In this document: piece after piece, positions 12,510 to 22,595 of the stretch
Layout: every line of letters begins with the position of its first letter
How positions within the stretch are numbered: position 1 is the stretch's first letter
Assembly (NCBI GenBank): GCA_044892525.1
Contig: CM097885.1
Location: 40,178,001 to 40,242,000 of the forward strand
Source of the DNA: Schmidtea polychroa
Taxonomy: Eukaryota
Reading direction: 5' to 3'
Length of the DNA: 64,000 nt
The notes under the pieces: model-generated
Told to the model about the DNA's origin: nothing
Database searches by the model: none
What the model saw: only the letters and a program-made list of their open reading frames with translations
Position numbers and translations under genes: made by a program

Positions 12510-13569
12510 AGTAGTAAGATGTGTCACCTCCAGGACATGTCACCTCCAGGACACATATATATAAGTAGGTCAAGTTAAAATTAAGTAGATCAAGTTAAAA
12601 TTATGTAGGTCACGACTATATAGGTATTAAAATATGTAGGTCAAGTTACTTTAAATATATGTTACCTCCAGGACACTATATAAATAAATAAGTCAAATTA
12701 AGTAGGTCACGACTATATAGTTTATAAAAAATATGTAGATCAAGTTATTTTTAACATGTATCCCTATAATATATACATCATTCAAAAGATATTTGAGAGT
12801 AGAGTACAATGATCATACCTTCAAAGGTGTATGGTGAATCCCTAACCTTCAAAAGGTGCAAAACCCTCGAATTTTTTCAAACTCTATAATACATGTCATT
12901 CAAAAGGTAATTGAGATGTGAGTATGATGGTCATACAATCAAAGGTGTATGGTGAGTCCTTCACCTTCAAAGGGTCAAAAAATTTCGAATTTTTTCAAAC
13001 TTTATAATATATATACATCATTCAAAAGGTATTTGAGAGTAGAGTGTGATGGTCAAACCTTCAAAGATGTATGGTGAGTCCTTACCCTCAAGTGTCAAAA
13101 ACTTTGATTTTTATTCAAACTGTAAATTGATCATTTCAACAAATCTTTCAATCCCCAAAATAAATTTCCCAACTCAAAAATTTCCCAAATTTTAAAAATT
13201 CCCAAAAACAATTTTCCCAACTCAAATTTTTTCAAAAATTAAAAAGTCCCAAAAATGAAATTCCCCAAATTTCCCAACTCAAAATTTTTCAAATTTTAAA
13301 AAGTTTTCAAAACTATTTTCCCAAATTTTCCAACTAAATAGTAAAAGAATGTTTTACAATTTTTTTTTTTTTCCTCGAATACATCAAACCAAAATTTAAC
13401 AAGGTTCGTCACACAAATCTAATTTTGAAATCAAACAAATGAATTTAATAAAAATTAAAATCATCGACATACACAACAGCCGTTCGCCCGCCCGCCCGCC
13501 GCCCGCCGCCGCCCGCCCCGAAGGGGCTGGCGCGGTAGTTTGTAAATTTGGTTTAGTTTGAATATTATT
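12510..13569 (+). repeat. Left TIR of Polinton
   Basis: Reverse complement of 27646-28706 with few differences. Contains 3x ~120-bp subrepeats (12775-13120), ttttccca repeats (13160-13335) and a GC island (13479-13536). Confidence 0.95.
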
Positions 13570-14046
13570 ATTTGATACATAGTTTTATTATTTACAATAT
13601 TCAAAGTATTAATAACAAAGGTAAAGAAATAAATGTTTATAGTATGATACTCATTAATATACATTGAACATGCTTTACATTTGCGAACATTTTAAATTTG
13701 AATTTTAAGGATTACTTTCGATAGATTATATTGAATAATGGTTCATTAAAAAGGTCTCATTTTTTTTTTTTTTTTTTTTTTTTGGATTTTTGTGAAAAGT
13801 TGTAGGTTAGGCTGAAAATTAATTAGTAAAAAATTGACACTTTTTGTGTTGTTGAAATAATTGAAATAAATATTTTAAAAAATGTAAAAACTGAAACGTT
13901 AAATATCATTGCAAGTTTGCTTGTCTTTTTATTATATGTATCGTGTTGAAATATCTAATTTTCTTATAATCTATCTATCGATCATCTTGTTGCTTTTGAA
14001 TAATAGTATAAACATAATTATTTTTTCATTTTAATTATTTTCAACC

Positions 14047-14422
14047 ATGTCGGAAAAAGGTAAAATATGAATTTTATGTTTATTAATTCTTTTTTTTTAT
14101 AATCAATTTTTTGATTGAAAAATTAGAGGAAATATCTAATGTAAAAATTAGAGAATTTATGAATGTTCCAGAGAAATTAAAATGGCCGTATTCAGACGAT
14201 GAAATTAATGAAGATGATATGTCATATGAATCTGAAAATATTTCCCAGCAAGAAGATGAATATACTGATTTGCCTAGTGAAGAACTTAAGTCATGTATTG
14301 AGAATTCTACAACAGATAAATTACCAAATGAATCTAAACAAGAAGATGAATCTATTGTTTTTACTAATTGTATTGATCATATTGTTGAAAATATAATGAA
14401 AAGAGATTGTATTGAAGATTAA
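14047..14422 (+). CDS. Polinton acidic hypothetical protein, 2 exons (14047-14059, 14127-14422)
   Basis: ATGTCGGAAAAAG|gt..ag|AG joins in frame with ORF 14111-14422, giving MSEKEEISNVK. Confidence 0.6.
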
Positions 14423-14560
14423 TAAATTTAAAACTTTAGTTATTTTCAATGATTTAAAAACACCAAAACACTAATAAAGATGTATTAAATAAATTTAACA
14501 TGAACAATGTTCCTCTTCAAACTTATCTTCGGCTTTTATAATTTTCCAAATTGGTTTGAT

Positions 14561-15089
14561 TCAGTCTCTGCTTACATTATACCCTTGAATTAATATGGTA
14601 ACCATGCAGGTTATTTTGCTCATCTTACCACCATTGGGAATCATATCCAAATCGTTTCTAATGAACATATCTTCATCATCAAATTCAATATTTTCATTGA
14701 TCCTCTGAAATAATTGTCCCAATAGCATCTTGTCGTGAAACTTGATTTTGGAAAGTCTCACATTGTAGAAACATTTTTCCAGAGTTACTGGTTCCTAACA
14801 ATAAATAATAATAATAATAAAATCCAAAATAATTTATAGAAACTTACCTTAAATGTATAGGAAATTGGACAATACAAATAATTTAGTTTGTATTGCATGA
14901 ATTCGACTGGCTTTTTTGTATCCACTCGAACATTGACCAAGGTTTCCGTGGATAATGTCGCTTCTTTAAATTTCCTTTTTCCGAATTCCTGAGCGGCATC
15001 TGCATTTTTTCTCTTCAAAACTCCTAGATTAAAAAACTACTAAATGGAATATGTGTAAACGACAACAAACCTGTAATTTGATTATCCAT
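14561..15089 (-). CDS. Polinton hypothetical protein, 3 exons (15089-15071, 15023-14848, 14794-14561); possible OB-fold ssDNA-binding protein
   Basis: Two GT-AG introns (47 and 53 nt) join ORFs 14785-15018 and 14561-14761 in frame. The frame stays open after the TGA to 14495 (IKPIWKIIKAE). Confidence 0.55.
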
Positions 15090-15291
15090 TTGTAGTTATA
15101 ATATTTAATAATTTGAACCAGATATTTTATACTAATTTCATTGTAAACAAGTTTCAAGTGACAGGCATGATCAAAACGTGATCAACTAGTTCATTTTATG
15201 CTAAATAACAAAGTCTGAAATGATTTATTGTACACAAAGAAATATTATAGGTTAATTAAGGTTATCACAAAACAAATATAATTATATTTTA

Positions 15292-15678
15292 TTACAACAA
15301 TACATTTTTTCGCAATTCCACAAGTAATGCATGAATTATTTTTCGTTTCTGTAGATTTACAAAACATGTACAACTATCATCCCCACAAGTATTCTGCATA
15401 TTATTTTTACAAAAATCACAATTTTCAACATCATCGGTATAACATGTAATCGTAGCATGATCCATATGAATTAAATCTATTACATTTATTCCAGTTATTT
15501 CATAAATTTTGTAAAACACAACTTCTGGAGCACAATACATTAAGGAATTGTTCAAATTCGGATAAAAATCTTCAATTTTATCAATCAAAATTTTTAGTAT
15601 AGTTTCTAAACAAAAATCAGTAAATTTAAAATAAAAACAGTTACCTTCATGTTCAATCATTGTTGAATAAATATTCAA
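15292..15678 (-). CDS. Polinton hypothetical protein with Cys-rich C-terminus
   Basis: 128-aa ORF overlapping the end of the TBP-like gene; CDFC...CGDDSCTC. Confidence 0.55.
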   Translation of the reverse strand: MNIYSTMIEHEGNCFYFKFTDFCLETILKILIDKIEDFYPNLNNSLMYCAPEVVFYKIYEITGINVIDLIHMDHATITCYTDDVENCDFCKNNMQNTCGDDSCTCFVNLQKRKIIHALLVELRKNVLL

Positions 15679-16165
15679 GCAAATCCTCGTTACTTATATT
15701 TGAAGAAATTGTTAAAGATCCAATCAAATCCTTTACATCGTTTATAATTCCTTCAACAATAGTATGAAAATCTAAATTTTTAATACCTAGTACAACTATT
15801 TTACCACTCGAAAATATATTAACACATAGTGGATTATATTTTGTATAACGCAGAGCGGGAAATAATTCAGGCTCATATATACAATCTCCATCTAATAACT
15901 TTGCTAAATTATTCAAATTAATAGATTGTTCAACCTTGGTAGCTATAGTAAGACTTTGAACTTGAATATCTTTGATATTATATTGCAAATTCTCGAATTC
16001 GATAGGCTTCTTACAACCCATTATACGACATTTACCATTTTTGAAAAATATAATAGTATATTTTCCAGTTTTGTCAACATATTGTTGTGGTTTACACTTG
16101 GGGAAATTCATCATACCAACAGTTTCCAAAGACACACGACCTCTATAATTAATATTTGTCAACAT
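15653..16165 (-). CDS. TATA-binding protein (TBP)-like protein encoded by the Polinton
   Basis: Two TBP-like repeats: TIIFFKNGKCRIMG and INLNNLA..YEPELFPALRY..VNIFSSGKIVVLG. Confidence 0.85.
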   Translation of the reverse strand: MLTNINYRGRVSLETVGMMNFPKCKPQQYVDKTGKYTIIFFKNGKCRIMGCKKPIEFENLQYNIKDIQVQSLTIATKVEQSINLNNLAKLLDGDCIYEPELFPALRYTKYNPLCVNIFSSGKIVVLGIKNLDFHTIVEGIINDVKDLIGSLTISSNISNEDLLEYLFNND

Positions 16166-16284
16166 TTCTACTGAATATTTAAAAAATCAAGTATATATAT
16201 TATATATATGTTATATTATAGAGTAATTAAATCAATTTATTCTTTACGATATAAACAAAATTAATTTTTAAATAAATATTAAAA

Positions 16285-16901
16285 ATGGAACTAAGAAATA
16301 TCAAATAGTCGGACCAAGTGGTAGCGGCAAAACTTTGTTTGTTTGCAAATTACTAAAATCACATTTATTTGAATCAAAATTTAACAAAATGTATTGGCAT
16401 CGAGGTGCTGATCAAGAACACGGATTGACTCAATCAAGTTTCTGTAAATTGAAAAATATGAAAATAGTAGAGGGATTTGATAAAAATTGGTCCAGTAGAC
16501 TAAAGAAGGGGGATGTCATAATTATTGATGACTTGTATCAAGAAGCTAATAAAGAAAAGAATTTCAATAATTTATTTACCAAAATCAGTAGACACGTTGG
16601 TGTAACTGTTATTTTTATAACTCAAAATCTATTTCATCAAGGTGGTGCACATCGAACACGTAATTTAAATGTACAATATTTAGTTATTTTCAAGAATCCT
16701 AGAGATGCAACAGTGATTGATTTTCTTGCACGTCAAGCATACCCTAACAATCGTAATTTTCTTATCAGTGCATTTCAAGATGCTACAAAAATACCTCATG
16801 GATATATATTTCTTGATTTCACACAACAATGTCCCGATGATTTACGAGTAAAAACAGATATTTTCAACCCAAAAGGTGCCATGGTTTATAAACAAAGTTG
16901 A
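16285..16901 (+). CDS. A32-like genome packaging ATPase (start region out of frame by 1 nt)
   Basis: Walker A GPSGSGKT (16311-16334) is in frame upstream of the called ORF; Walker B VIIIDD; SRH..IFITQ motif. Confidence 0.9.
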
Positions 16902-16919
16902 AAACCTCTATGAATAATA

Positions 16920-17453
16920 ATGTTTCTAAAAGCAAGGGTGAAAAATATTAGGAAATTAAGAAAAAGTATTAAAAAGAGTATTAAAGTTCCAAAGGTTCCA
17001 CCAACAACTAGTTATACACCATCTAAAAAACTTGTAACTGAAAATTTCTCTGCAATGAATCTTATTTCGAAAAATCCTAAACCTAAACGTGAAACCCGTA
17101 AAACCCGTAAAGCCGGTAAAAAAGTAATTAAAAATCATCGCAGTTTTCCATTTTTTAATGCATTGTTAAAGGCCCCGAGTATGAAAAGAATGAATATATT
17201 GCAATCATTCCCAAATTTTGTTGTCGATGATTTACTCAATATTATACTTAAAGTAGTCAAAGGCAAAATTAAAATCAGTAAATCAAAAAAGCATTTATTG
17301 AGCAAACATAGGAAACCTTTGTTATCATTAGTAAATAATAAAAATCGTAAGCAAATGAGGAAAATTATATATAAACAACAAGGTGGATTTATTGGTGCAT
17401 TGATACCTCTGGCATTATCATTATTAGGTGGAGTTGTAGGAAATCAATCATAA
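16920..17453 (+). CDS. Basic core/DNA-condensing-like Polinton protein with adenain-type site QQGG|F and hydrophobic tail
   Basis: Lys/Arg-rich 177 aa ending QQGGFIGALIPLALSLLGG. Confidence 0.7.
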   Translation: MFLKARVKNIRKLRKSIKKSIKVPKVPPTTSYTPSKKLVTENFSAMNLISKNPKPKRETRKTRKAGKKVIKNHRSFPFFNALLKAPSMKRMNILQSFPNFVVDDLLNIILKVVKGKIKISKSKKHLLSKHRKPLLSLVNNKNRKQMRKIIYKQQGGFIGALIPLALSLLGGVVGNQS

Positions 17454-17514
17454 ACAATGGGTGCTAATCCTTCATTACCTAATTTAAATTTAAATTTTAA
17501 ATCTTCTTGCTGTA

Positions 17515-17902
17515 ATGGAGAAGATTTGGACGAACCCAGAAGACGAAGCCGGTTTCGGTGGAGTGGCAAAATTAAAGAAAAGAGTTCCGAATTCGAAAAA
17601 AGAAACCCAGAAGTGGTTATCAGATCAGCTTGCGTACAGTTTGAACAAACCAATGCGGAAAAGATTTCCAACAAGAGCATATAAAACATTTGGTATTGAC
17701 GATTTATGGCAAATGGATTTGATGGAGATGATACCGTATTCGAAAATTAACAATGGGAATAAATATATTTTAACATGTATTAATGTATTCAGCAGGTTTG
17801 CACGAGCAATACCAGTCAAGGCAAAATCTGCAGATGAAATGTCAAAGGCAATTAATATTTTATTTAAAGATGGACATCCTAATAACTTGCAAACAGATTT
17901 GG

Positions 17903-18000
<98 letters not shown>

Positions 18001-18630
18001 TTAGGTAAAGAATTCTACAATAACAAAGTTAAGCAAATCCTCGATAAACTGAAAATAAATCACTACTCGGTACATTCTCAATACAAAGCTGCCCATGTTG
18101 AAAGATTTAATCGAACACTGAGAGATAGATTAAAGAAATTATTCGTGCATCAAGGTAATAAAAAATGGGTAAATGCTTTACCGAAAATAATAACAAGTTA
18201 TAATCATTCATCACATCGAGGACTGAATGGATTGAGACCGGTTGATATTACATCAAAAACATTCTATTCTAAGAAATCTGTAAAAATTGCAAAACCTAAA
18301 TATAAAGTCGGTGATCGTGTTAGAATTAGTAAAATTAGTGCATCACCATTTATTAAAAATTTTGATACAAATTGGAGTGATGAAGTCTTTGTAATTTCAA
18401 AAATAAATACTAAACAGAATCCTGTAATGTATGTCATCAAAGACAGTGATAATAATATTGTACAAGGGAAATTTTATGAGCAGGAATTACAAGTCATTCC
18501 TCCTCCAAAGGTATTTAGAATTCAAAAAATATTGAAAACTAAAAAGGTCGGCAAGGATAAACAATACTATGTCAAATGGCATGGTTATCAAAACCCGTCA
18601 TGGATATCAGCAAAGGACCTAGTAAAGTGA
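17515..18630 (+). CDS. Retroviral-type (rve) integrase with C-terminal chromodomain-like region; intron 17903-18004
   Basis: DDE motifs WQMD, QTDLGKEF (after splicing) and VERFNRT; YYVKWHGY chromo motif. Confidence 0.93.
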
Positions 18631-19643
18631 ATTTTTATACTATTTTACCGAGCAATAGTTGCCCATTAATTCATCCAGACAATCAAGCCAGTAAATTTAT
18701 GGTCAATCTCCAGAATCCGATTTCTCTAAATGGTGACTGGGAAGTTGCACTGCAAGATTTTACATTCGTGTACAACACATTCCCATTTTATAGTCATTGT
18801 AAGATTGATTTCAGAAGGAATATTGTGAAAACATGTAGCGGTATCTTTATTATTAGTAATTATGATAAAACATATCATATTCCGAACCAAATATTAGATT
18901 CGCATTGCTATATATTTTACAAGGATGGATTAAATATCAGTTGTGATTTTAAACCATTTACAATAACATTCGAAACTATTGAAGATGCCAAACGAATGGG
19001 TTGCAATAAGCTGAAAAATATTGTTATGGAGACCGAGTATTTATTACGTTTTAATCTATTTGAAGCAAACAGTATAGTGAAAGAAGAAATAAAAATATCT
19101 GTGTCGTATAATGATGAAGTTGAAGAATCATTCACCTTTGCTGATGAATTATATTTTGATAAACTTGATGTATTACTTAAATATTTAAAGTTCAATTGTT
19201 CACACATATTTAAAAATTTGGAAATTGTGAAAGATTTGATGTTTACCTTCAGTTTGAATGAGGATATTTGCGAAGTTACATTTGATAAAAATTTGGCAAA
19301 TTCACTTGGATTAGATAAGCAAAAATATAGAGAAAAATCGACTGGTATACGCAAACCAAGAATACTAGAACATCATCAACAAATGTTCATATATACTAAC
19401 ATTATCGAACCCATAATTGTTGGTGATTCCAGCGTTCCTCTTTTGAAATCGGTATGGATTGGAAAATATGAACATGATGAAGTTGTCAATATAAATATCG
19501 ATAATCCCATGTATTTACCAATAGCAAGTTCATGTATAAACAATATAGAAATAAATATTCGTGATGATAGTGGAAAACTTATAAACTTTCCAAAAGGTTC
19601 AAAAACTCATTTGACATTACATTTTCGTAAAGTAGATGGCTAA
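18600..19643 (+). CDS. Minor capsid protein (penton)
   Basis: FY.ILPSNS..N.AS.F.V.L..PI.L.G.WEVAL N-terminal motif and IEINIRDDSG...TLHFRK C-terminal motif. Start is probably the ATG at 18600. Confidence 0.88.
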   Translation: MDISKGPSKVNFYTILPSNSCPLIHPDNQASKFMVNLQNPISLNGDWEVALQDFTFVYNTFPFYSHCKIDFRRNIVKTCSGIFIISNYDKTYHIPNQILDSHCYIFYKDGLNISCDFKPFTITFETIEDAKRMGCNKLKNIVMETEYLLRFNLFEANSIVKEEIKISVSYNDEVEESFTFADELYFDKLDVLLKYLKFNCSHIFKNLEIVKDLMFTFSLNEDICEVTFDKNLANSLGLDKQKYREKSTGIRKPRILEHHQQMFIYTNIIEPIIVGDSSVPLLKSVWIGKYEHDEVVNINIDNPMYLPIASSCINNIEINIRDDSGKLINFPKGSKTHLTLHFRKVDG

Positions 19644-20004
19644 TTCTGATATTATTAGTATGTATAGTGATAGCCAATCTGGCGGTGAATTACCATATTT
19701 TATTGGTAAACAGTACGGATCGGGATGGTTGAGAACAATTGGTAGATTTGCATTGCCTATTCTTAAACGTATTGGTAGTTTTGGTATGAAAACTGCAAAA
19801 GATGTTATTATGAATGAACAGAAAATATTACCATCTCTAAAATCAAATGCTTTAGCTGAATTAGGGAAAGTTTTACCCGGGGTTGCAGGTATGTTTCAAA
19901 AAGAAAAACCTCCAGCTCCAGCTCCAGCTCCAAAACGTAAAAGACATGGAATATCACGTATAAACAAACGAATGAAAGGACATGGAACTATATTTGCAAA
20001 ATGA
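19636..20004 (+). CDS. Small conserved Polinton protein (QxGG / QxGxG, amphipathic helix; core or membrane-lytic-like)
   Basis: QSGGELPYF..QYGSGWLRTIGRFALPILK; basic C-terminus. Confidence 0.75.
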   Translation: MANSDIISMYSDSQSGGELPYFIGKQYGSGWLRTIGRFALPILKRIGSFGMKTAKDVIMNEQKILPSLKSNALAELGKVLPGVAGMFQKEKPPAPAPAPKRKRHGISRINKRMKGHGTIFAK

Positions 20005-21224
20005 TTTGTGGTAAATCTGAATTATGCATATTTGATAGACCATCGCCCCAGGCTGTAATAGAATTTGGGGCATTTGAGGAAGTTTTTCCTATGAATTCAA
20101 TTACCGATAGTAGAAATGATGTAGAATTTTACATCAATGGTTCTCAAACAGAATATTTAGATTTGAATGATACTTTATTGACTGTTCAAATCAAGGTTAT
20201 AGATAAAGATAAAAAGGCTTTGGGTGATGCTGATGCTACAATACCTAATAATTTTTTGTTTCATACACTTTTTAAAGATGCTATTCTTGGATTTAATAAT
20301 ATCAAGATTGAAGGTGGCAACAATACATATATCCACAAGGCGATAATAGAAACTATTTTAAATTATAATACCGACACCAAAAATACATGTCTTACTCCTA
20401 TGGGTTATGCAGCAAGTGATGACGAACGAAAAAAATGGATTAAAGGCTCAAAGATTTTCACCATGTGTTCATCATTACAACTCGATTTTATGGATCAACC
20501 AAAATATTTACTTCCAGGAGTCAATGTACACATTAGACTGAAAAGAACCGATTCTTCTTTATCATTAACTAGTGGTGCTGGTCAACCAATATGTCAATTA
20601 GTTGATGCAAAATTACTAGTAAGAAGAGTTCGAGTTGATCCGTCGGTATTAGCAGGTCATCAGTTGGGTCTTAATTCTAAGCATGCAATCTATCCTCTGA
20701 AAACAAAAGAAATTGTTTCATTTGCAATAGCCAAAGGTGCTTCTTCCTTCTATAAGGAACAAATATTTGGAGATAGAAGAATGCCAAACTTTATTCTGGT
20801 AACATTTCAAGGTGAAGCACAATATAATGGTTCATATAGTGCCTCAAGCTCAATTTTCAAAACCTTTGGTGTTACATCTCTAACTTTGTCGAAAAATACT
20901 GATTATCGAGAAACATATACTCAAGATTTCGATAGTGACAATTACTGTGCTACATATATGCAGAGTATTGTTAGAAATATGGGATATTTAGATAAAAATT
21001 TGAATTGCGGCATAACTCTTGAAGAATTCAAAACCAAATATCCATTCTTTACATTTGTTTTGGCCCCAGATTTTGATTTGAATCAGAGTCAATTACCTCA
21101 AAATGGAAATTTACGATTAGATATAAAGTTTGCAAAAGCTATTACAGAACCTGTGCATGTTATAATATATGGAGTATTTGAAAATGAAGTTCAAATTACT
21201 GCAAATAGAACGGTTCTGGTATAA
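20001..21224 (+). CDS. Major capsid protein (double jelly-roll, PY/hexon)
   Basis: KSELCIF..Q..IE, YLDLNDT.L, QPKYLLPGV, G.LRLDIKF motifs; 407 aa. Confidence 0.9.
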   Translation: MICGKSELCIFDRPSPQAVIEFGAFEEVFPMNSITDSRNDVEFYINGSQTEYLDLNDTLLTVQIKVIDKDKKALGDADATIPNNFLFHTLFKDAILGFNNIKIEGGNNTYIHKAIIETILNYNTDTKNTCLTPMGYAASDDERKKWIKGSKIFTMCSSLQLDFMDQPKYLLPGVNVHIRLKRTDSSLSLTSGAGQPICQLVDAKLLVRRVRVDPSVLAGHQLGLNSKHAIYPLKTKEIVSFAIAKGASSFYKEQIFGDRRMPNFILVTFQGEAQYNGSYSASSSIFKTFGVTSLTLSKNTDYRETYTQDFDSDNYCATYMQSIVRNMGYLDKNLNCGITLEEFKTKYPFFTFVLAPDFDLNQSQLPQNGNLRLDIKFAKAITEPVHVIIYGVFENEVQITANRTVLV

Positions 21225-21628
21225 ATGTATACAGAAATACAGAAAGTTGTCATGGAGTAAGTTGTTTTTTATACTGTTTAATTTATTAAAATAGTTCTGT
21301 TCAGGTTAATCGAATTGGAAAACAAATATTAGGAAATGAATTTTTAGGAGTTTTTCCTCTCGATAAAATACCATTTTTGAAAAATAATCAAGCCATAATC
21401 GTCAATACCCATTCATCTCATCTCGGCGGAGAGCATTGGATTGCAATCTATATGAAACCAGATAAGATACATGTATTCGATCCTATGGGTTTCTATTATC
21501 CTGCTTTATTGGTTTCGAAACTACAAACAATGGGCAAACCTATTGTATATAATAAAACAATGTATCAACACCCTTTAACTCGTACGTGCGGACAACATTG
21601 TTTAGGATGGCTTATGTCTATTAAATAA
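21225..21628 (+). CDS. Adenain-like cysteine protease; intron 21257-21294
   Basis: Spliced N-terminus MDSVQVNRIG..FLGVFPLD; catalytic H (GEHW), D (FDP), Q..C (QHPLTRTCG). Confidence 0.85.
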
Positions 21629-21679
21629 TAAATGTTTTTATAAAAATGTGTTTTTATTATTTTATAATTATTATTATGT

Positions 21680-21714
<35 letters not shown>

Positions 21715-21878
21715 GTTTTATTATTTTTATAATTATTATTATGTTTTATATTATTACAATAATAACAAAGTCCGTCATGAACGGTGCATGCTCCGTGCAT
21801 GATTAACAAAGGCATATTATCACGTTATAAACAATTGTAATACAAATTTCATCATAATTATTTTATTACAATTTTAAA

Positions 21879-22511
21879 ATGTCATCAATTAATACTAAAA
21901 TCAATGTGGTTCTTTCGAGAAATGGTAAGGATTTTTATTTATTTATTTATATTAAATAATTAAATTTACAATTAGAAACTCGTACCGTTAACTCGTCAGT
22001 CTTCAATAGGCGATTAGGTTCTGGAAATGATGGAAATGGTATATTTATAATTATTATAAATACTTTAATTATTATTATTATCTTTATTATTTAGACAATT
22101 ATTTTGGTGATTGGGCCGCAATTACCGAAAATGACGACATATTAGATATTTCAAACATATTCCAAAATGGTAATTTATTAGTTAAATTAAAATTGTATTA
22201 CCATTAACATTTTAGAATCTTCTGTTTCTCATAACAAGAATTTTCCAATAATAAATGCCGCAGTAGTGGATACCTCCGTTGCGTATAATTTGAATGCTCC
22301 CATCCCTATTGGGGACTCAGTTTCGAATAACGAATCAAAATGTATGTTTCATTTTATTAATATATAGTTTTTAATTAATTAATAACTTAATAATAATATA
22401 GATTTTATGTAAATATAATGTAAATATAACTTTATGTAAATTATTTCAGTTATCATTAAAATAGTAATTGTAATAGTAATAATTATAATAGTAATTGTAA
22501 TAGTAGTAGTA

Positions 22512-22595
<84 letters not shown>

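Noticed and set aside
12775..13120. Regularly spaced repeats as a CRISPR array
   Set aside because: Whole ~120-bp units repeat with no unique spacers; part of the Polinton TIR; eukaryotic context with no cas genes.
17783..18004. Poly-Leu ORF / poly-Ile tract in integrase as real protein
   Set aside because: Explained by a GT-AG microsatellite intron.
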